Source: Acidobacteriota bacterium | Lineage (GTDB): Bacteria; Acidobacteriota; UBA6911; RPQK01; JAJDTT01 | Assembly: GCA_965219855.1 (NCBI GenBank) | Contig: CBDCOR010000026.1 | Location: forward strand, 261,940 to 325,939 | Length of the DNA: 64,000 nt | Reading direction: 5' to 3' | Shown here: in pieces, positions 55,465-64,000 of the stretch | How positions within the stretch are numbered: the first letter of the stretch is position 1 | Layout: each line of letters opens with the position of its first letter | Made by a program: the position numbers and the translations under genes | The notes under the pieces: model-generated | Databases searched by the model: none | What the model saw: only the letters and a program-made list of their open reading frames with translations | What the model was told of the DNA's origin: nothing

Positions 55465-56619
55465 TTGACTATGGCGTTGCCCAGTTCGGTAGAGAGGGCA
55501 CTGGCTGCCAAGGGCGACAGGAAGACGGACTTCGAACGTCTCAAGATTGCCTTGGGGCGTCGGGAACCGGACTACGTCCCCATTTTTGAATTGACGGTGG
55601 AGCCGGAGATCAAAGAGCAGTTCATGGGGCGGCCCATCAGGGGATTCGCGGAGGAGATCGAGTTTTACCGTACGGCAGGCTACGACGTCTATCCGGTCTC
55701 CCTGACTGTCATCAGCGTCAATCTGCGGCCGGTGGAGGGGACGCACAGAGGTTCGGGCGACGGGGTCACGGACGTGGCCCTCAAGACTCATACCACGACG
55801 ACCTACAAGGCAGAAATGGAGGCCTATACGGAGCGGTATTGGGCCGAAATGCACAAGGGGGTTATCACCAGCAAAGATGAATTCGCCGACTATCCCTGGC
55901 CCGACCCCGACCACCTCGACTTTTCGATCCTCGACGAGGTCGGGGCCTTGCTTCCTCGAGGGATGAAAATCGGGGTCGTCATCGGCAAGATCTTCACTGG
56001 GGTCTGGTTCATGATGGGCATGGAATCCTTCATGCTGGCTTACATCGACGATCCGGAACTCATTGAACTCATGTACAGCAAGATCGTTCCCCTGCAGCTA
56101 CGAGCCATGGAAGCGGCCATGGAACATCCCGCGGTAGGTCTCAGCTTTCATGCCGACGATCTGGCGGGCAAGAATGGTCCGCTGGTCCACCCGGACCATT
56201 ACCGCAAGTACGCCTTCCCCTGTTACCGGCAGATGTGTGACATGGCCAAAGCCGCCGACAAACCACTGATCTACCACACCGATGGGGACGTCTCCATGGT
56301 CATCGATGACCTGATCGGCTTGGGCATCAGCGGCTGGCATCCAGTAGAGAAGCAGGCCCATGACATCAACCAGATGAAGGCCGACTATGGTGATCGGATT
56401 GCGCTATTGGGAAACATCGACCTCCAGTACACGCTGACCAAGGGGACACCTCAGGAAGTGGACGAAGAGGTCCATACCCGGATTCGAGATCTGGCTCCTG
56501 GAGGTGGATACTGTGTCTCCTCCGGAAATTCCATTCCCGAGTACGTCCCAATCGACAACTATGCGGCCATGTTGGAAGCCTGCTTCAAGTACGGCAAGTA
56601 TCCGATCGAGCTGGATTAA
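55465..56619 (+). CDS. Uroporphyrinogen decarboxylase-like (MtaA/CmuA, MT2) methyltransferase family protein
   Basis: REPDYVP, YPWPDP, ADDLA, YHTDG, LLGNID, APGGGYCVSSGNSI. Confidence 0.88.
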   Translation: MTMALPSSVERALAAKGDRKTDFERLKIALGRREPDYVPIFELTVEPEIKEQFMGRPIRGFAEEIEFYRTAGYDVYPVSLTVISVNLRPVEGTHRGSGDGVTDVALKTHTTTTYKAEMEAYTERYWAEMHKGVITSKDEFADYPWPDPDHLDFSILDEVGALLPRGMKIGVVIGKIFTGVWFMMGMESFMLAYIDDPELIELMYSKIVPLQLRAMEAAMEHPAVGLSFHADDLAGKNGPLVHPDHYRKYAFPCYRQMCDMAKAADKPLIYHTDGDVSMVIDDLIGLGISGWHPVEKQAHDINQMKADYGDRIALLGNIDLQYTLTKGTPQEVDEEVHTRIRDLAPGGGYCVSSGNSIPEYVPIDNYAAMLEACFKYGKYPIELD

Positions 56620-56629
56620 GGGGGGAACC

Positions 56630-57391
56630 GTGCCGATTGTCAATGAAGAACTGCTGAAGGAGTTCCAGTGGGTCACCCGGCCTCACGAGAACCAACGTAT
56701 CCGAGAAGTGTTCGAAGGAGTCGAGCCTCTGTTTCAGGAGATGGCCTACAGCCTGATCGTGGGTAACCAGATCGAGGTCGACCGCCTCACCAGGGAGGCC
56801 CTCGATCTGGGTTTCTCGGCCAACACTATCTTGGACGATGGACTCATCTCCGGTATGGCGGTGGTGGGGGTCAAGTTTCGAGACAACATCATCTTCGTCC
56901 CCGAGGTGTTGGTGGCAGCCAGGGCAATGAAGGCGGCTATGGTCCACCTGGAGCCGATTTTATCCGCCTCCGATGTGAAGCCGCTGGGGACAGTCATCAT
57001 GGGGACGGTCAAAGGGGACCTGCACGACATAGGCAAGAATCTGTGCACGATGCTACTCAGGGGCGCCGGATTCAAGGTCCATGACCTGGGCGTGAATACC
57101 AAGCCGGAAGAGTTCGTCGATGCCATACGAGATCACGACCCGCAGATTGTGGGAATGTCGGCTCTCTTGACGACTACCATGAACAATATCGGGGAGACTA
57201 TCCAGGTTCTCGATCAGGCCGGCCTTCGTCAGAAGGTGAAAGTGATGGCTGGAGGTGCGGCTCTGACGGAGACGCTGGCTCGGGAATTGGAAGCGGACGG
57301 CTATGGACGAGATGCCCTGGGCTGTGTTGAGACCGCCAAAGCCCTATTGGGCATAGAAGATGGGGAGGTTCCAGCCCCCTCGGCGAAGTAA
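56630..57391 (+). CDS. Corrinoid (B12-binding) protein, MtaC-like
   Basis: FVPEVLVAARAM, GTVKGDLHDIGKN, GMSALLTTTM. Confidence 0.93.
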   Translation: MPIVNEELLKEFQWVTRPHENQRIREVFEGVEPLFQEMAYSLIVGNQIEVDRLTREALDLGFSANTILDDGLISGMAVVGVKFRDNIIFVPEVLVAARAMKAAMVHLEPILSASDVKPLGTVIMGTVKGDLHDIGKNLCTMLLRGAGFKVHDLGVNTKPEEFVDAIRDHDPQIVGMSALLTTTMNNIGETIQVLDQAGLRQKVKVMAGGAALTETLARELEADGYGRDALGCVETAKALLGIEDGEVPAPSAK

Positions 57392-57811
57392 GGCGACATT
57401 CTATTCCAGGAGTATCAGATCGCCTGGCCAAGGGAGAACCCACGTGTTTTTCGAGGCTACGCCGGTATCGCCGAGATTTTGGGGATTGTGGGCCGATGCT
57501 AGCCCTCTCGGAGTTGATCAGTTCTGGTTCGAGGAGGCTCCTACCACCGACCACGGCACTTTCGGTTTACCAGCCGGTTGGTCATAATGCCGGGAGGCAA
57601 TGCCTGGGGCAATCGGTTGTCCGATTAGGTGCTCAACGTGATAGAGATTTCAGGAACAGCTCTAGTCTTCGTTCATGTAGTTGGCATTCTGCTGGTTTTC
57701 ACGCTCGGTTACGTTCTCGGTTCACGAAGCCAGTGAGATCGCCTGGACAGAATCCAAGCTGTGGCGGCCCATCCGAGAACTTCCAAAACCGAGTGCCGGC
57801 TACTCTTGGGG

Positions 57812-58163
57812 GGCGATGAGTGGCGATCACGATCAAGTCCACTTTCTCCTCAGTTGCCACTCGGACGATCTCTTCTGCTGCCAGACCGTAAGCCACCAGA
57901 GGACGAGCCGGCACTTTTTTTTCTATTCGTCCTGAGATCAATTCCCTGAGTCGCTCCTGGGCGTCGTCTTGGAGAGTCTCCTCATACTTGGGGACGTGGA
58001 AGGAATAGTCGGATGCCAGTAGCGGTGTGGGAACGGGGGCCACGACGTGGAGGACGCAGAGTTCGGCGTGGAAGTGGTTCGACAGCTCGACGGCGTGCTC
58101 CAAGGCCACGTACGAAGCCTCGCTGAAATCGACCGGTGCGAGAATATGTTTCATGGGAAGCAT
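57812..58163 (-). pseudogene. Universal stress protein, 3'-truncated
   Basis: HILAPVDFS, LHVV, DLIVIATH, then unrelated sequence. Confidence 0.8.
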
Positions 58164-58569
58164 GTCATCCGCTCCTCTCAGATCAGTCCGTCTTGATGCC
58201 CCAATTCGACTTCCAAACGGACTCGCCAGACAAAGGCACTTGCCAGGCACGATAGTCTTAGCAACTTCAGAACCACTTCGCGGCGCGGAGCGCGGCTCAA
58301 TCGCAGCTATTCGTTTCCTGCGACCCGGATCGGGAACAGGTTTGGGATAGGCAAAATCCCCACAACGTGGGTGATGTAACCCTCAGAGGACCCTTCCAAT
58401 CCGATTGGAGTTCGGCTCTGATCCACTTCCAGGTTGGGAGGTCGGACTTTGGTCTTGTCCGTGCTTACATCTTTGTGGCGAGTCCGCGAGCTAGTCGAGC
58501 AGGATTCACTAGGATGATGGGCTGCGGTCGGCCAGCACGGATTCGCTAGTCGTGAGAAGGAGGTTCGAA

Positions 58570-58908
58570 ATGAGCAGTAAGAACAATCAGGCTGTCCGGA
58601 CGACTCTGCTGGTGGCTTCAGCCACATTGGCAGGATTGACCATTGGTGTGTTGTTCGCCCCTCAGGCCGGTCAAAGAACCCGCCGTGATGTGAAGAAGTT
58701 CGGCTCCAGGCTGGCTGACCAGGCCGAGGCTCTCTCAGAAGATCTGAAGGACCGTGTGGATGACCTCACCGCCTGCGTCTCCTCTGTCTCCGAACAGGGG
58801 ATTGACAAAGGCAAGGAGATCCACAAGCGGGTGAAGAGCACACTGGAGAGCTCCCGAGATTCCATCGCTCGACAAATCCAACTGATGGAGAAGCTGGTGA
58901 AGGGGTAG
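58570..58908 (+). CDS. YtxH-domain protein
   Basis: GVLFAPQAGQRTR plus amphipathic helix. Confidence 0.85.
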   Translation: MSSKNNQAVRTTLLVASATLAGLTIGVLFAPQAGQRTRRDVKKFGSRLADQAEALSEDLKDRVDDLTACVSSVSEQGIDKGKEIHKRVKSTLESSRDSIARQIQLMEKLVKG

Positions 58909-59209
58909 AGAAAAGCAGCGCTACCGGAGTTTCCAGGTCCAAATCTACAGGGTCAGTCAACGGGAGCGGATTTCGATCAAGAAAGGCTCCAGCTTGACTG
59001 CCAGGGGCAGGTCAGGGTGCTTCCGGTTCGATTCGTCGCGGTCCTTATTGCTCTCCTTTTCTCCCCGGCGACTCTCCGTGCATTGAAGGCAGCGGTGGTT
59101 GCCCGAAGATGACAAACATTCGGCGCGGACAGGCTGGAAAAGACGACATTCTACTGGCACAGGATTGGAGAAGTGTAGGCCTGGAGTGAGCTTATGAGAG
59201 GAGGGGAAC

Positions 59210-59671
59210 GTGTCCTTTGAGCGTATCCTGTGTGCCATCGATTTTTCGGAAGGATCTCTAGCCGCTTTCCACAAGGCAGTCGAGCTCACCTTGCAGGACT
59301 CAGCCAGGCTATTCGTTTTGCACGCATTGGAGGCTCAGCCCGTGACCTCCGATTGGCTGGGTCCGGACAACCTGGGTGAGGAAACCGTCAAGCTGGAACA
59401 GGAGGCCCTGGACTCGATGAACTCGGTTCTGAGCCTTGTGGCTTCCAGGCTCGAAGGGCGTTGGGTTCACTCGGAGGTAACCAACGGTACTGCCTTCATG
59501 GAGATCCTTGAAAATGCTCGCGTCTGGGAAGCCGATCTGATCGTTCTGGGAGCTAAAGGGGCAACATCGTTGGAGCAGGTTCTGTACGGAAGTACTGCCG
59601 GGCGAGTTGTGCGAGAGGCAGAGTGCTCGGTCCTGGTGGTGAGACCGACGCAAGAGGGCTCGGTAGGTTGA
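59210..59671 (+). CDS. Universal stress protein
   Basis: ILCAIDFS, DLIVLGAKG, GSTAGRVVREAECSVLVV. Confidence 0.92.
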   Translation: MSFERILCAIDFSEGSLAAFHKAVELTLQDSARLFVLHALEAQPVTSDWLGPDNLGEETVKLEQEALDSMNSVLSLVASRLEGRWVHSEVTNGTAFMEILENARVWEADLIVLGAKGATSLEQVLYGSTAGRVVREAECSVLVVRPTQEGSVG

Positions 59672-59750
59672 GGTTTGTCCCATTGGCACCGTTGTTGCCC
59701 AGAGTTTAGGTAGCAATGGTCCAGGAGTTCTCCCCTAATGGAGGTGTCCC

Positions 59751-60215
59751 ATGAGCGTAGCAGCCAAACTGAAGACCTGTCTGGATGAGCATGGTGTCGA
59801 GTACACCGTCTCATCGCATGGCGCGGCCTACACGGCCCAGGAGATCGCTGCCCGAGCCCACATCCCGGGCAAAGAACTAGCGAAGTCGGTGATCGCTTGT
59901 CGCGGCAAGGACATACTGATGTTCGTTCTGGCAGCACCCGCGAAGGTCGACTTCGAAGCTTTGTCCAGGGCGCTCGAGGGAGAGGAGATTCGACTCGCCA
60001 CCGAGCTGGAGTTCAAGGATCTTTTCCCCGACTGCGAAGTAGGAGCCATGCCGCCTTTTGGAAATCTCTACAACCTTCCCGTGTACGTGGACGAGACCCT
60101 GCAGGAGGATGAAGAGATCGCATTCAATGCGGGCAACCATCGAGAGGTCATCCGGATGAAGTATCAGGATTTCGAGCAGCTGGTCCAACCCAAGCACTTG
60201 AAGTTCGCGGCCTGA
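59751..60215 (+). CDS. YbaK/EbsC family aminoacyl-tRNA deacylase
   Basis: LAKSV, FPDCEVGAMPPFG, FNAGNH. Confidence 0.92.
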   Translation: MSVAAKLKTCLDEHGVEYTVSSHGAAYTAQEIAARAHIPGKELAKSVIACRGKDILMFVLAAPAKVDFEALSRALEGEEIRLATELEFKDLFPDCEVGAMPPFGNLYNLPVYVDETLQEDEEIAFNAGNHREVIRMKYQDFEQLVQPKHLKFAA

Positions 60216-60242
60216 TGACTCAGGGCCCCTTCAGGCTAGACG

Positions 60243-60415
60243 ATGTCAAGCTTTGCCAGACGTATCCTCGGAGCCAGTACCTTTGACGGAGCCAGTACCT
60301 TCGACGTAGAGATCTACGAAGAAGTCGAGGCCGATAGGAGCGCTCTGGGTCAAGCTGCGGTGGTGGTGGTTCTGAGCAGCGTGGCCGCTGGCATAGGCAC
60401 GTCCGGGGGAGATCT
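60243..60415 (+). pseudogene. YIP1-like membrane protein, N-terminal fragment with an 18-bp in-frame duplication
   Basis: YEEVEADRSALGQAAVVVVLSSVAAGIG; GASTFD duplicated at 60270-60305. Confidence 0.65.
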
Positions 60416-60512
60416 CCACGATTCTCCGAGCATCGCCTGTGTCGCCCTGACTCGCATCTGGACTAACGGCGCCTGTAACGCAACTCGGACCATTACTCGG
60501 ACAGGCTCCTAG
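60415..60512 (-). mobile_element. Orphan MITE/IS end (same terminus as 11147)
   Basis: GGACCATTACTCGGACAGGCTCCTAG. Confidence 0.6.
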
Positions 60513-60559
60513 CTCACAGAACAACGGAGTCGCTCGTTCCGAGAGGATGGGTTGTGTAC

Positions 60560-61042
60560 ATGAAACACTGGACTGCCAAGGACCTCATGAACCGGGAGTT
60601 GCTCACCGTCACCGACGAGATGTCGGTGCGAGAGGCAGCCGATTTCCTGACCCGGAAAAACATTTCTGGAGCGCCGGTCGTTGATAGCTGAGGAAATCTG
60701 GCGGGTGTGCTCTCGGTCACGGACATCGCCCAGAATGCAGCCAGAAAGCGAGATCCCTTCCTCACTGAACACAACCCCGACGTCTACTTCCAAGATTGGG
60801 AGGAGACCCTGAACCTGAGCAAATGGGAGCCCTTCAGGGTCGAGCGTGAGAACTTGTTGGTGCGGGACGTCATGACGCCGGAAGTTTTTTCGGTTTCTCA
60901 GGAGACCAGCTTGCCTGAAATGGCCGCGGTCATGTCAGAAAACCGGCTTCATCGGCTTTTCGTGACCCATGGGAACCGGCTGGTTGGGATCGTTAGCACT
61001 CTGGACATCCTCAAGGTCCTGGCGGGTGAGAAGGACGGGTGA
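60560..61042 (+). pseudogene. CBS-pair protein with internal TGA
   Basis: AKDLMN, ISGAPVVDS*GNLAGVLSVTD, VRDVMTP, LVGIVSTLD; TGA at 60689. Confidence 0.85.
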
Positions 61043-61208
61043 GGGACTGACACACTGAGGCGACAACCAAGGTCCTGTGATCAGTTGGGGGAGATTCTCA
61101 AGAGGGGAGAATATCCTAGCCAAGTTCTGCAAGCAGTTGCAGTCAGGCCAAGCCATCATGTCCTTCCACCAGTTGGGTCGTCCTTGAATCCTCAGCCGGG
61201 CCCGGTTA

Positions 61209-61586
61209 TTACACTCCTTCCCCAAGGATGCCGTCCTCGATGGCAGACTGGCGCCACCTGGCGCCATCCCCGTTCCCTGCGATTCCCGCTCTCTCTCCGG
61301 TGGCGTATAGGACCTCGTAGGTTTGGTACTGATTGTGAGCCCCGGTTTCTGGATCTCTCGGACTCGCATGATCGGCTTTACAGTACTCGACGCGGTTGCG
61401 TATGCCGAGCAGCTGGTGGCTTGCCATGATAGAGTCCACAACCCGAAACACGAAAAGAGCAATCTGTGCTGCGAGCCTGCCGGCATCGGCCAAGCGGGCG
61501 ACCTCGCTGAAGTAACAGCGCTGGGTGGTTGCCGAATAGCCGGCCAATCGCATATCCTCGATCATGCGTAAACGTAACGGTGTCAT
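61209..61586 (-). pseudogene. Degenerate tyrosine recombinase/integrase remnant
   Basis: MTPLRLRMIEDMRLAGYSATTQRCY N-terminus; LYATGER...ARW-like segment. Confidence 0.6.
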
Positions 61587-61729
61587 ACCGTATCTCCTTT
61601 CTTGGGAGGGGTTGGGTCCCTCCCTAAAGGAGATCTTCTCGCCAACTGCGATCGAAGGAAACCAAAACACGACAGCCAGGCCTCTCGGTGCAGGCTCTAT
61701 CTATCCGCCGCAGGCGGATTTAGTTCAAC

Positions 61730-62072
61730 TTGCCTTTGCCTTTGCCTGTGCCTCCCTATTACGCTTCCACCTTCCTTTCCGGCTATCCAAGAACAATCTT
61801 TATCCCGCGTTTCCCCAGCCGAGAGCGTTGGTAATAGGCAATGGCAGGGTCAAAAAATACTGCGGTATCTCCCCTGCAATTCGAGCAAAAGTGGCGTTTG
61901 AATGCCGTTGCCGGGATCTGACTCAAGAGGAAAAGATCCTGCTTGAAACTGTTTCTATGCTGACCGGGTTGATCGAGAGCCTGGATGCAGGGAAGGGATG
62001 AGGTAAGGTCAAGGGGGAAGGCAAAGGCACAGGCAGAGGCAAGTTTGAAGGCGAGGGCGAGGGCAAGGGTAG
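61730..62072 (+). pseudogene. Probable four-helix-bundle protein remnant flanked by inverted hexamer-like repeats
   Basis: GNGR...AFEC...VSMLTGLIESL; (TGCCTT)n on the left and (GGCARA/GGCGAG)n on the right. Confidence 0.45.
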
Positions 62073-62531
62073 GACAAAACACTGCCGAAGCCTCGGGGAG
62101 AAAGGCGGGTCTCCATGATGCGGGCCTCCAGATTTGCCTCCCGCTCCGAATGCATTCCATCCCCACGGTGTCTCTGGCTCGCGGACTCCTGCGGTCTTTT
62201 TCTCCCTGACCAGACCGAGAATCCACCGCCTCGGGTGTGGCTTAGGGTCGGGTGAGATCACTCTGAAGAAGGGCCAAATAGCCAAGACGGTTGCCTTGTC
62301 CCGCATCGAGAGTTGCCTCTTCAGCGCACATAGGTGCAGTGAGTTCGACTGGCACGTCTCTTGCGAATAGTTTGCGTGCTGGGCTGGCTTGGTCAGCCGG
62401 CCGGACTCGAAAGAGGAGCGTGAAAGGCCCAGACATTCAAGCACCCAGAAAGCGCGGGTGCTACAGTGTCACAAGGCGCCGCGTCAGTTTCATTCCCGGA
62501 CGGTGTTTATGATTTGGGGACGGGCCGACGG

Positions 62532-63596
62532 ATGAAGATTCTGGTCTACGGTGCCGGCAGTATCGGAAGTCTCTACGCGGGTCTGTTGACGGGGTCTGGT
62601 CAAGACGTTTCCATCCTGGCGAGGGGAAGGCGTCTGGCCGATATCCGGGAACGTGGGATCTGCCTTGAGAACGTCGTCACCGGAAAACAGACGACGATGC
62701 GGGTCAAATCGGTCGAGCACCTCGAACGTGATGACGACTATGACCTCGTCTTCGTGATCCTACCCAAGGACCACATTGCCGAAGTGTTGCCGATACTGGC
62801 AGCAAACCGGCAAACCCCAAGCGTTATGTTCTTCGGCAACAATGCCGCAGGCACTCGCGAGATGACAGAAGTGCTCGGCCGCGACCGAGTGCTCCTCGGG
62901 TTTCCCGGTGCTGCCGCGGTGGCCAACGATAACCGACTCCGCTATCTGATCCTTTCGGCGCGGGAGCAGCCTACGACAATCGGCGAGCTCACCGGTACCA
63001 GTTCTCCACGGATCGAGGCAATTGCGGACGTCCTCAAAGCCGCGGGGTTCCCTGTCTCGATTTGCTCGAACATGGACGCGTGGCTGAAGACCCACGTCGC
63101 CGAGATCAGTCCCACAGCCAACGCCCTGTACATGGCCGGAGTTGACGTGCGTCGGCTGGCGCGCACTCGCGATGCGCTGGTGCTCATGCTCCGAGCGATT
63201 CGCGAGGGTTACCGAGTGCTGAGTGCGCACGCCATCCCCATCACACCGAAGAGCCATAGGATCTTCCAATGGCTTCCCGAGCCGCTGCTCCTGGTTCTCA
63301 TGAGACGAATGGTCGAGAGCGATACGACCAGCATCAAGATCGGTCACGCGCTTGGAGCACGGAGTGAGATGAAGACCATCGCCGATGAGTTTCGTTCACT
63401 GGCCTCATCCACGTCGATCCTCACACCAGCCATGGATCGTCTCCACAAGTATGTCGATTCGTCTGCAGAACCCCTTAGGGACGGTTGTGCCGCGCTTCCG
63501 CTCGATTGGGGCGGGGTGTGGGCGCTCGGTGTCACACTGGCGGTTTTGGCGGTACTGATGTTCATGCTTTGGAAAGGGGCGGCCATAACGTTGTGA
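62532..63596 (+). CDS. Ketopantoate reductase (PanE/ApbA) family protein; last codons probably from a fused fragment
   Basis: ILVYGAGSIG, LLGFPG, PTTIGE, AWLKTH. Confidence 0.85.
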   Translation: MKILVYGAGSIGSLYAGLLTGSGQDVSILARGRRLADIRERGICLENVVTGKQTTMRVKSVEHLERDDDYDLVFVILPKDHIAEVLPILAANRQTPSVMFFGNNAAGTREMTEVLGRDRVLLGFPGAAAVANDNRLRYLILSAREQPTTIGELTGTSSPRIEAIADVLKAAGFPVSICSNMDAWLKTHVAEISPTANALYMAGVDVRRLARTRDALVLMLRAIREGYRVLSAHAIPITPKSHRIFQWLPEPLLLVLMRRMVESDTTSIKIGHALGARSEMKTIADEFRSLASSTSILTPAMDRLHKYVDSSAEPLRDGCAALPLDWGGVWALGVTLAVLAVLMFMLWKGAAITL

Positions 63597-63690
63597 CGCT
63601 GGTTGCCTCGCCACTTGCCGAAGGCTTGTTCCATCGCGCCATCGTGCAATCCGGCAGTTTCGACAGTGTCTCCGTCGCCGCTTCACAAAC
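63578..63690 (+). pseudogene. Carboxylesterase (type B) internal fragment
   Basis: GGHNVVTLVASPLAEGLFHRAIVQSGS. Confidence 0.7.
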
Positions 63691-63824
63691 GCGGTCCTTC
63701 GATCGGGTGATTCTGCTTTCGAATTGGGCCGGTACACGCCACCGGGTCAGCCAGGCATGCAGGACCCAGCTGGCACAGTTCTTGCTTTTCGGAAACAGCG
63801 GAGTCTCTCTCGCCGAGAATAGAT

Positions 63825-64000
63825 ATGAAAGAGCTGGCCACCACCAATCATGTGGACGAGGTCGGGACGATTCTCGATGCGGCGCCCTTCCCGCTCTTGA
63901 GCAGCCGAGCGGAGGACGGCACGGTTCTCTACGCAAACGACCGGCTGGCGGTACTCGTGGGCCTGACTTCAGAAGAGCTGATCGGGAATAGAACGCCCGA
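63825..64000 (+). CDS. PAS-domain protein, N-terminus; runs off the window
   Basis: ILDAAPFPL...DGTVLYAN...LVGLTSEELIG. Confidence 0.65.
   Translation, partial: MKELATTNHVDEVGTILDAAPFPLLSSRAEDGTVLYANDRLAVLVGLTSEELIGNRTP

Overview
GC-rich bacterial window, probably Acidobacteriota (inferred from gene content and order, not proven). The first ~8.5 kb is intact housekeeping DNA: priA, a JAB/MPN protein, a GTPase-DUF697 protein, kdsB-pyrG-kdsA-kdsD and a ZIP transporter. The rest is a decaying, heavily rearranged accessory and energy-metabolism region. It holds a 5'-truncated Nitrospira/anammox-type NXR/NAR-like cluster, sdhCAB, a Rieske-cytochrome b-nonaheme cytochrome c module, a PVC-type heme protein, a PQQ dehydrogenase with diheme cytochrome, and a glycyl radical enzyme (GRE) locus whose gene has an internally inverted 1.2 kb segment. 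It also carries a corrinoid methyltransferase pair and Usp/CBS/YbaK stress genes. Mobile DNA includes one IS21, two near-identical ISNCY copies, one IS4, a truncated group II intron and MITEs. The most unusual signals are (1) a dispersed, cas-less family of ~54 bp repeats alternating with a shared pool of structured 64-99 bp spacers, in different combinations at different loci, (2) several gene-internal inversions, and (3) an uncharacterised GRE system with probable SCP2-like partners. All family assignments come from motif recognition by eye; no database searches were run.
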